A stretch of DNA of 64,000 bases from the NCBI RefSeq assembly GCF_947581785.1, contig NZ_CANPVO010000006.1, positions 37,326 to 101,325 of the forward strand, given 5' to 3'. The position numbers and the translations under genes are program-made. The notes under the pieces are model-generated. The model was given only the letters and a program-made list of their open reading frames with translations, ran no database searches and was not told the DNA's origin. Origin of the DNA: Candidatus Palauibacter polyketidifaciens. GTDB taxonomy: Bacteria; Gemmatimonadota; Gemmatimonadetes; Palauibacterales; Palauibacteraceae. Of the stretch, positions 44,172 to 51,939 are shown piece after piece (position 1 is the first letter of the stretch; the number at the start of each line of letters is the position of its first letter).

Positions 44172-45203
44172 TTGCGACTGGGCAAACTGTCGAAAGCGCT
44201 GCGGGATGCGCACCCGGGATCGGGCGTCGCGCGTCGAGTCCGGCACTTTGACGGCTGGCTTGAGCGGGCGGCATCGGAGGCTGCCGGCGCCGGCACCTAC
44301 GACCACGCGGAAACGGTCAGGGACTACTACGAGCTGTGCAACGGTTTCATGGTGTACGGCTGGGGCGAATCCCTGCATTTTGCGCCCCTCACGCCCGACG
44401 AAAGCCTGGAGGAGTCCAAGGTCCGGCACCAGCGGGCGATGATCTCCAGGTTGAAGCTGGAACAGGGCATGAAGGTGGTCGACGTCGGTTGTGGAATCGG
44501 CGGCCCCATGCGCCGAGTCGCCCGTGAGGCGGGCGTCAGGGTCGTGGGAATCAACATCAATGACATCCAGCTCGCGGAGGCGAAGAAGTTGAACGCCGAG
44601 GCGGGGCTGGAGCACATGACCGATTTCAGGAAGTGCAGCTTCGAGGATATGAGCGCCATCGAGGCCGACACCTTCGATGGGGGTTACGCGATAGAGTCGA
44701 CGTGCCATGCGCAGGACAAGCGACGCGCGTTCGCGGAGATATTCCGCATACTGAAGCCGGGCGCCCTGTTCTGGGGTCAGGAAATGTGCCTGACGGACCG
44801 GTTCGATCCCGGGAATGCCCGGCACCGGACCATCAAGCGGGAGCTCATGCGCGGTATTGCGCTGCACGACATCGCCACGTTCGGGGAAGTGAACCGCGCT
44901 CTCGAAGGGGCGGGATTCCAGGTCATCGAGGGGAGTGATTGGGAGGTCCGGGAAGGACCCGCCACCCCGTGGTATCAACCCATGGAGAGTCGGCACGGGA
45001 CGTTGGGGACTGCGGTGCGCAGGCTTCCCCGGGGCCGCAAGGCGTTCATCGCGGGGTCGAAGTTGGCCGAGGTACTGCGGTTCTTTCCGAGGGGCTCGGC
45101 GGAGGTGGTTCGGCTCCTTGATCGAACCGCGGAGGCTTACGTCGAGGGCGGCAGGACGGGCATCTTCACGCCCCTGTACTGTTTCCTGGCCCGCAAGCTC
45201 TAG
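44172..45203 (+). CDS. sterol C-24 methyltransferase-like (ERG6/SMT family) SAM-dependent methyltransferase
   Basis: YYELCNGFMVYGWGESLHFAP, VVDVGCGIGGP, YAIESTCHAQ, LKPGALF, PWYQPM and FTPLYCFLARK align block-for-block with what I recall of yeast ERG6 (YYNVVTDFYEYGWGSSFHF, LDVGCGVGGP, YAIEATCHAP, IPWYYPL, LFTPMMLFVARK). The start is TTG 44172, or CTG 44157 overlapping the P450 stop. Confidence 0.85.
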   Translation: MRLGKLSKALRDAHPGSGVARRVRHFDGWLERAASEAAGAGTYDHAETVRDYYELCNGFMVYGWGESLHFAPLTPDESLEESKVRHQRAMISRLKLEQGMKVVDVGCGIGGPMRRVAREAGVRVVGININDIQLAEAKKLNAEAGLEHMTDFRKCSFEDMSAIEADTFDGGYAIESTCHAQDKRRAFAEIFRILKPGALFWGQEMCLTDRFDPGNARHRTIKRELMRGIALHDIATFGEVNRALEGAGFQVIEGSDWEVREGPATPWYQPMESRHGTLGTAVRRLPRGRKAFIAGSKLAEVLRFFPRGSAEVVRLLDRTAEAYVEGGRTGIFTPLYCFLARKL

Positions 45204-45216
45204 CAGCCAGGGGCTG

Positions 45217-46260
45217 CTAGTCGGCGTTGCGGTCCGGGCTTCGCGGCGCCGGCGCCGGGTCCGGATAGAACTGTCGGCAGTGTCGGCGGTACTTCCCGAT
45301 GGGGCCGTCCGTCCGGCAAAGCCGGGGGGGAGACCGGTAGCGCTTCCTGTCCCATATCACGATGTCCTGCAGTACGAACCGCCTCTCCTCGCGGAGGATG
45401 AAGAAATTCAGCAGCCGGTGGCGCAGCGGCACGGGTAGAAAGCCCAGACCCGATATGAACCGCCCCGGTTTCCGGATCTCCCGCACCTGGTTGACCATCG
45501 TCAACTCCACGAATTCGCCGTCGACGGGCGTTGTGAGCACCCACATGCGCGACCTCACGCCGACCGACTTCTCGTGAATCTCGACGAAGGAGTAGCCGAG
45601 TCCGTGGACGTGCGTGACGACCGAGACTTCGGAATGAATGTCCACCAGACCAAGGATCCGGCGAACCGCCTTGAAGTCGAAACAGCTCCTCAGGTAGGCG
45701 CCGTCGGTCGAAAAGTCGGTCGGCTCCACATCGTGGTAGCCATGCGTGTACTCCAGGTGTTCCACGTCGACCGAGTTCTCCGTCGTCTCCTGGGGATGCC
45801 CTCGGAACCGCAGGATCGTGGAGCGCAAACCGGTCCACTCCGCGCCGGCGGGTGGCTCATCCGGCAGGTGCCATTGAGGGCCTCGGCCACCGCTCCCCCA
45901 CCAGGCGAAGATCATGCCGAGGATCTCCCGGGTCTCGTAGAGCTTCAGCTTCGCGGCCTTCGGAGGCGGAGCATTGGGCGTGGCCACGCACTGGCCGGTC
46001 GTGTCGAACTCGAACCCGTGAAACGGACAGACGAGGCAGCCGTCGCGCACCAGACCGCCCGTGGTCGGTCCCATATGCGAGCCCAGGTGCGGACAGAAGG
46101 CGTCCGCCACGCAGATGCGGCCCTCGTCGTCGGCCCAGGCGACGATCTCCTCGCCCATCCACGTCTTCTCGATGAGCTTCGCGCGCTCGATGGACGTGCG
46201 GCGTCCGATGAAATACCAGCCTTCGGGAAACGGCGGCAGCGCATCGCTGTACGTAGCCAT
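45217..46260 (-). CDS. Rieske [2Fe-2S] non-heme-iron oxygenase, Neverland/DAF-36- or KshA/SdmA-like
   Basis: CPHLGSHMGPTTGGLVRDGCLVCPFHGFEF is the Rieske centre. ENSVDVEHLEYTH matches the mononuclear iron motif Ex3Dx2Hx4H. Confidence 0.85.
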   Translation of the reverse strand: MATYSDALPPFPEGWYFIGRRTSIERAKLIEKTWMGEEIVAWADDEGRICVADAFCPHLGSHMGPTTGGLVRDGCLVCPFHGFEFDTTGQCVATPNAPPPKAAKLKLYETREILGMIFAWWGSGGRGPQWHLPDEPPAGAEWTGLRSTILRFRGHPQETTENSVDVEHLEYTHGYHDVEPTDFSTDGAYLRSCFDFKAVRRILGLVDIHSEVSVVTHVHGLGYSFVEIHEKSVGVRSRMWVLTTPVDGEFVELTMVNQVREIRKPGRFISGLGFLPVPLRHRLLNFFILREERRFVLQDIVIWDRKRYRSPPRLCRTDGPIGKYRRHCRQFYPDPAPAPRSPDRNAD

Positions 46261-46362
46261 GCGGGCGAACTTGGTTTCGGTCCCGCTGGCGCGTCAACTA
46301 GTGTACACTCGTGCGGTGGCGGCCGGCCGGAAACGGATCTTGAGAAAGCGAGGACTACGGTG

Positions 46363-48969
46363 ATGACTCTGGACTCTGCGCCGCGCGTCTCGGTTCTCAT
46401 GCTCTTCGCCGCGATGGCCGCCGGCCTGCCGGCGAACGGCTCCGGCCAGACCGCCGCCGAGGTTCCGCGCTTCGAGATCGCGTCGTCGCCGATCGAACTC
46501 ACGGGACCCGTCCGTCCCGGCGAGTACCTGGGCGTGACCGGACCCCGGTCCGCGTGGCTCGGCCTCGAGACCGGGGAGGCGGAGCTGTGGGTCCACCCCC
46601 TCAAGGTCGGAAACCGGTTTCGGCTCGGCTTCTCGACCCCGGCCTACGGCGCGCCGATTCCCGGTAGCGCCGTCGCGCGCACGGTGCATGTCCGGCCCGA
46701 ACTGACGACGATCGCCTACAGCCACGCGGCCTTTCAGGTGCGCCAGCACATCCTTGCGCCCGCCGAACTCCCCGGCCTCCTGGTTCTGCTCGAGGTGGAC
46801 AGCCCCGAACCACTCGAGATCATCGCCGAGTTCGAGCCGGTGCTGAACTACATGTGGCCGGGTTCGCTGGGGGGGCAGTACGCCTACTGGGACGGCGGCC
46901 GGCGCGCCTTCGTGCTGTCCGAGAGCCTGCAGGAGACGAACGCCGTCGTCGGGTCGCCGTGGGCCGTCAACTCGGTCGAACACCCGGCGCATCAACTGGG
47001 CGAAGCGCCGCGCACCATGGTGATCCCGGTCGAGCCGGAACGCGCCCGACGGGAGTTCATCCCCATCGCCGTAGCGGGCGGCACCATGCCCCGCGAGGAG
47101 GTCTTCGCCAGCTACGATCGGCTGATCGCCGAGGCCCACTCGCTGTACGGCGCGAAACGGGCATGGGCCGACTCGGTGCTCGCCTCCACCGTCTCCATCG
47201 AGTCGCCGGATCCACAGCTCGACCTCGCCCTCGAGTGGGCGAAGATCAACCTGGAGGAGCAGCGCGTCTGCAATCCCGACCTCGGCTGCGGGTTCGTCGC
47301 GGGCTGGGGCCTGTCGCGCAACGGAACCCGTCCCGGATTCGGATGGTTCTTCGGCGGCGACGCGGCGCAGACGACCTTCGCCATGGATGTGCTCGGGCAG
47401 TGGGGGGTGGTGGCGGAGGAACTCGCCTTTCTCGCGAGATACCAGCGTGAAGACGGGAAGATCACGCACGAAATCTCTCAGGCGGCCGCGCGCATCCCGT
47501 GGTTCGAGGTGTATCCGTACGCCTACTACCACGCGGACACCACGCCCTACTGGATGGTCGCGCTGTACGAATACTGGCGGGCGAGCGGGGACGACGAACT
47601 GCTGCGGGAGCTGTGGCCGGCCTACCGGCGCGCGTGGGAATGGTGCCTCGGCGCCGAGACCGACGGCGACGGAATCATCGAAAACACGGTGGGCGGGCTC
47701 GCAGCGGTCGAGGTCGGGGGCCTCGGGGCGGCGCTCCACCAGGACGTCTACCTGGCAGGGGTTTGGACCGCGGCCCTCGAGGGGACCGCGGCGCTGGCGG
47801 AGCGCATGGGCGAACCCGGGATGGCGAATCGGGCTCGGGAGATGGCTCCCCGCGCGCGGAAGACGCTGAACGACGCGTACTGGCTCGAGGAGGCGGGGCA
47901 CCATGCCTTCGGGATCCTCGCCGATGGCGGCACCAACGACAATCTGACCGTGTGGCCCGCGACGGCGGCCGCGTTCGGCCTGTTCGACGAGGCGCGCGGG
48001 CGATCGACCCTCGCCCGGCTCGCGAGCGACCGGATCTCGTCGGACTGGGGCGCCCACATGCTCTCGACGGAGAGCGAACTGTATCACCCGCTCCAGTACA
48101 ACATGGGTTCGGTGTGGCCCTTCGTGACGGCGTACGTGTCGTGGGCCCAGTACCGGTACCGGCGTCCATGGGCGGGCTTCCACCTCGTGGACGCGGTGAA
48201 GCAGATGACCTTCGACTGGAGCCTAGGACGCCATCCGGAGTTGCTGTCCGGAACGTTCTACCAGCCCCTCGACCAGACCGTCCCGCACCAGTTCTTCGCG
48301 ACTTCGGCCCTGGTGACACCGTTACTGCGCGGCGTCATCGGCTGGGAGCCCGATGCGCCGCTGGACCGCGTGCGCCTCGCCCCGCAACTCCCGCCGGATT
48401 GGCCGGCCGTGACGGTGAGACGGCTCCGAGCCGGGGAAACGGCGACGGACGTGGAGATCCGACAACGGTGGACGGCCGAAGGCGGGGAGCGACGGACGAC
48501 GCTCACGACCACGGGGCCTGCGCTGACATTCGCCTTCGTACCCGACGTGCCGGCGGGCGCGCGGGACGTGTCCATCGGCGTGAACGGGGCAGTCACCGAA
48601 CTCACCGAGGATGGAACGGTGGAGGTGACGCTGGGCGAGACCGTCGCCGCCGGCGACCGCGCGGAAATCGTCGTGACGTGGGGCGGCGGGCTCGCGATCG
48701 CGCCGCCCCGGATCGACTTGGAGCCCGGTCAAGTGAGCAGCGGCCTGCGCATCCTCGACTTCAACGCAGATCCGGATGGCTGGCTTCTCGAAGTGGAGGG
48801 ACTGGCGGGTCGGAGCTACGACCTCGGACTCTTCGGCGCCACGGTCGAAGCTGACGTCGTGCAAGGGGCCGCAACGACCGCTCTGGCCAACCCCGCGACC
48901 GTACGTATTGCGTTTCCTCCGGACACTGCGGAACGCACGACAGCTGTGGTTCGTTTCACGACCCCGTAG
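46363..48969 (+). CDS. secreted (alpha/alpha)6-barrel glycoside hydrolase, amylo-alpha-1,6-glucosidase (GDE_C)-like
   Basis: Trimmed to ATG 46363 (GTG 46360 is also possible), with GAAAGCGAGGA upstream. It has a signal peptide. GFGWFFGGDAAQTTFAM resembles the PWF..WFGRD motif of GDE_C-type enzymes. Confidence 0.65.
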   Translation: MTLDSAPRVSVLMLFAAMAAGLPANGSGQTAAEVPRFEIASSPIELTGPVRPGEYLGVTGPRSAWLGLETGEAELWVHPLKVGNRFRLGFSTPAYGAPIPGSAVARTVHVRPELTTIAYSHAAFQVRQHILAPAELPGLLVLLEVDSPEPLEIIAEFEPVLNYMWPGSLGGQYAYWDGGRRAFVLSESLQETNAVVGSPWAVNSVEHPAHQLGEAPRTMVIPVEPERARREFIPIAVAGGTMPREEVFASYDRLIAEAHSLYGAKRAWADSVLASTVSIESPDPQLDLALEWAKINLEEQRVCNPDLGCGFVAGWGLSRNGTRPGFGWFFGGDAAQTTFAMDVLGQWGVVAEELAFLARYQREDGKITHEISQAAARIPWFEVYPYAYYHADTTPYWMVALYEYWRASGDDELLRELWPAYRRAWEWCLGAETDGDGIIENTVGGLAAVEVGGLGAALHQDVYLAGVWTAALEGTAALAERMGEPGMANRAREMAPRARKTLNDAYWLEEAGHHAFGILADGGTNDNLTVWPATAAAFGLFDEARGRSTLARLASDRISSDWGAHMLSTESELYHPLQYNMGSVWPFVTAYVSWAQYRYRRPWAGFHLVDAVKQMTFDWSLGRHPELLSGTFYQPLDQTVPHQFFATSALVTPLLRGVIGWEPDAPLDRVRLAPQLPPDWPAVTVRRLRAGETATDVEIRQRWTAEGGERRTTLTTTGPALTFAFVPDVPAGARDVSIGVNGAVTELTEDGTVEVTLGETVAAGDRAEIVVTWGGGLAIAPPRIDLEPGQVSSGLRILDFNADPDGWLLEVEGLAGRSYDLGLFGATVEADVVQGAATTALANPATVRIAFPPDTAERTTAVVRFTTP

Positions 48970-49234
48970 GCGAGAGTCTGCTGCCTGCCGCTCCGCAACC
49001 CTTGAATATCGTCAGATTATCGTTGATTTACGGTTGCCTGTCGCCCTAAAGTCGCATACCATCAGCTATCGTATGAGTGTGAGTGGGGATTGGGCGGTGT
49101 CCACGTGATCGCAAGGCTCGTGGCGACCTCCTCGGCTCGGCATAGCGCCGTCCAGTCCCCCTCCGCGACCGCATTCCGGACTCCAGTCGATTCGGGCGTC
49201 CGGGAATCGACGGTCCGGCGGCTCCCGGTCGGCG

Positions 49235-50389
49235 TCAGTCGGCCAGTACTTCCGTCAGCGTATCCGCCACCTCGTCGATCTGCGCTTCGGTGATCACGAG
49301 CGGCGGCAGCAGCCGGATGACCGTGGTGCCGGCCGGGAGGGCGAGGACGCCCCGCTCCGCGAGAGCTCCCAGGTAGGGTCGGCAGCGCTCGCGGAGTTCG
49401 ACGCCGATCATGAGGCCGACCTGCCGCACGGCGCGGACGCGAGCCGACTGGCGTCGGGCGAAACGCTCGCTGAAGCGGGCGCCAAGCGCCTCCGCCCGAT
49501 CGTCGAGCCGCTCATCCCGCATGAAGCGGATCGCGGCCAGGGCGGCGGCGCTGGCGAGCGGGTTGCCGCCGAAGGTCGTGCCGTGCCGCCCGGGCGGCGG
49601 CTGCAGCCGTTCATGCGCCAGGACCGCTCCCAGCGGCACGCCGCCCGCGATCGCCTTCGCGAGGCAGAGCACGTCCGGCGCGACGCCGTAGCGGTCGCAG
49701 GCGAACATGCGGCCGGTGCGGCAGAAGCCCGTCTGGATCTCGTCGAACACGAGGACCGCACCGGCCTCGTCGCAGATGCGGCGCGCCGCCGACAGATAGT
49801 CCCGGCTGGCCGGCCGCACCCCGCCTTCTCCCTGTACCGGTTCGATGATCACCGCCGCCGTGTCCGCGCCCACGGCCGCGCGCAGCTTCTCCACGTGGTT
49901 GAACGGCACGAACGAGAACCCCGGCACGAGCGGCTCGAACGGCTCCCGGTACTCCTTCTTGTGCGTTGCGCTCAGCGCTCCCAGCGTGCGCCCATGGAAG
50001 CCGCGCATTGCGGACACGACCCCCGCCCGTCCCGTCGCGAGGCGCGCGAACTTGATCGCCGCCTCCACCGCCTCCGCCCCGGAATTGCAGAGGAAGGCGC
50101 GCGTGAGCCCCGCCGGCGCGATCGACACGAGTTCGGCCAGCAACCGCGCCCGGACATCGTTGTAGAAGATCCCGGGACAGGACACGAGCACCCGAGCCTG
50201 CTCCGCCAACGCTTCGGCGACGGCCGGGTTGGCGTGGCCGATGCTCGCCACGCCGATGCCGCCCACGCAATCGATGTAGCGGCGACCCTCGTCGTCCCAC
50301 ACGCACGCGCCCTCGCCCCGCACGATGGTGAGGTCCCGCTTGGGGAAGACCTCGAGGGCGTACGCCCGTTCCAGTTCGCGCGCGTTCAT
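49235..50389 (-). CDS. lysJ: acetylornithine/[LysW]-aminoadipate-semialdehyde aminotransferase (class III PLP)
   Basis: VWDDEGRRYIDCVGGIGV, NSGAEAVEAAIKFAR, DEIQTGFCRTG and AKAIAGG (the PLP-binding Lys). It sits in the lysW cluster. Confidence 0.85.
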   Translation of the reverse strand: MNARELERAYALEVFPKRDLTIVRGEGACVWDDEGRRYIDCVGGIGVASIGHANPAVAEALAEQARVLVSCPGIFYNDVRARLLAELVSIAPAGLTRAFLCNSGAEAVEAAIKFARLATGRAGVVSAMRGFHGRTLGALSATHKKEYREPFEPLVPGFSFVPFNHVEKLRAAVGADTAAVIIEPVQGEGGVRPASRDYLSAARRICDEAGAVLVFDEIQTGFCRTGRMFACDRYGVAPDVLCLAKAIAGGVPLGAVLAHERLQPPPGRHGTTFGGNPLASAAALAAIRFMRDERLDDRAEALGARFSERFARRQSARVRAVRQVGLMIGVELRERCRPYLGALAERGVLALPAGTTVIRLLPPLVITEAQIDEVADTLTEVLAD

Positions 50390-50393
50390 CCAA

Positions 50394-51230
50394 TCATCCG
50401 ATCACCGTGCCCCGCCCCGCCAGCGCCTCCCCGACCGGCCGTTCAATGCGCCCATCCGCGATCACGACGCGCGTCGTGCCGGATTCCACGAGTCGCCGCA
50501 GGGCGAGCAGCTTCCGCTTCATGCGCCCGGAAACATCGTCCTCCCGACGTGCAAGCTCCCCACGCGAGAGCCGTGCGACGACGGACGCCGGATCGTCCGG
50601 ATCTTCGAGGAAACCGGGCGCCTCGATCAACTGGATCACGCAATCCGCGCCCAGTTCGGCGCTGAGCAGGGTCACGACGTCATCGTTCTCCGAGTTGATC
50701 GCCACGTTGTGTTCGTCGATGAGGGGCACGGTCACGACCGGAGTGAAGCCGCCGTCGAGGAGCAACCCCATCAGCTTGCGGTTCACCTCCGCCGGCTTCC
50801 CGGACAGGTCCCGCCTGATCAGCGTCTTGCCGCCCTCTCTCACCCGGATACCCCTGTTGCGGCGGCCGCGCACGAGCGCGCCGTCGAGCCCCGTGAGCCC
50901 GACCGCGTTTACGCCGTGGCCCTGCAGCAGTTCCACGATGCGCTTGTTCCGCACGCCGGCGTAGGCCATGAGCATCACGTCGATCAGGTCGTGGTCGGAC
51001 TGCACGCTCTCGTGCCCGGACACCGATGTGAGGACGCGTTTTCCGACCCCGAGCCGCCGGGCCAGCGAATCGCGCAGCGCGTTCGCGCCGTGCACGATGA
51101 CGAACGGACCGGACAGGCCCGCCAGGTCGCGGGCAATCCCGTCCAGGTTGATCGATTCGCCGCCGCCGATCTTGACGATGAGCAGCCCGCCGGACTCGCC
51201 CGGCCTCGGTTCGGGTGTCGGTCCCGGCAT
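50394..51230 (-). CDS. lysZ: [LysW]-aminoadipate/glutamate kinase (acetylglutamate kinase family)
   Basis: LIVKIGGG...VIVHGA...GLTG.DG....NADDV-like NSENDDV are amino acid kinase fold motifs. It sits in the lysW cluster. Confidence 0.8.
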   Translation of the reverse strand: MPGPTPEPRPGESGGLLIVKIGGGESINLDGIARDLAGLSGPFVIVHGANALRDSLARRLGVGKRVLTSVSGHESVQSDHDLIDVMLMAYAGVRNKRIVELLQGHGVNAVGLTGLDGALVRGRRNRGIRVREGGKTLIRRDLSGKPAEVNRKLMGLLLDGGFTPVVTVPLIDEHNVAINSENDDVVTLLSAELGADCVIQLIEAPGFLEDPDDPASVVARLSRGELARREDDVSGRMKRKLLALRRLVESGTTRVVIADGRIERPVGEALAGRGTVIG

Positions 51231-51233
51231 CGG

Positions 51234-51914
51234 TCAGAACGTCCCGATGGCGCCGTTCGCGACCGGCGTCCACGCCCACCGCCCGTCCGACGGCGGACAG
51301 GAAGCCGGATAGGGCGCCGAGCACAGGATCCGCACGCCGTTCCGCCGGGCGGCATGCATCCGGAAGTAGGCCGGGTCCTCGTTGAACCGGGTCGCGAAGT
51401 GGACCCGGCGCGACGCGTCGGCGATGATCAGATTCATTGCCCGCACGTAACGCGTGCGCTTCTCGATCGCGTCGAGTCCCCGCTCCAGCGCGAGACCCAT
51501 GTCTACGTTGCCGTCCCCGCCGGCGAAGCGCTTGACGAAGTTGAACACCTTCTCCGCGCCGATCCGCCCCCGTTCCTTTATCCGCACTCCGTGCAGCTCC
51601 CCGTTGAAGATGAATGCGCGTTCCCCGTCGAAGAACGGCATGTTGTTCTCGACCCGTATCCCTTCCCCGCGATACGCGCTCCTCGCGTGCGCGAGCAGAA
51701 GCGTCGTGCGTCCGGGCGGCGCCGCGGCGTCCTCCCACACCGGCGAGACGTTGCGGTAGACGCGCCACCCGTCGGACCCGTCGGCATCGATCCAGGCACA
51801 CCCCCACCCGTCACCCTGATACTCGGGACTCTCTCGGGCGAGCTGCGCGAAGGCGGCGAGGTGCGGCTCCATGTCGAAGGGCTCGTCGCTGCGGACGCAG
51901 AGGATGCGGCACAC
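51234..51914 (-). CDS. class II (Ntn) glutamine amidotransferase domain protein
   Basis: MCRIL has the N-terminal nucleophile Cys2. LLAHARSA, NNMPF and FIFNGEL are typical of GATase_4/YafJ-like proteins. Confidence 0.65.
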   Translation of the reverse strand: MCRILCVRSDEPFDMEPHLAAFAQLARESPEYQGDGWGCAWIDADGSDGWRVYRNVSPVWEDAAAPPGRTTLLLAHARSAYRGEGIRVENNMPFFDGERAFIFNGELHGVRIKERGRIGAEKVFNFVKRFAGGDGNVDMGLALERGLDAIEKRTRYVRAMNLIIADASRRVHFATRFNEDPAYFRMHAARRNGVRILCSAPYPASCPPSDGRWAWTPVANGAIGTF

Positions 51915-51939
51915 GAGGATTCAGCTCCGCGTGTCGCGG

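Noticed and set aside
49186-49211. Hairpin GTCGATTC-N10-GAATCGAC as an intrinsic terminator for lysJ or the glycoside hydrolase
   Set aside because: The stem is only 8 bp, the loop is 10 nt, and there is no U-tract on either strand. This is not enough to call a terminator.
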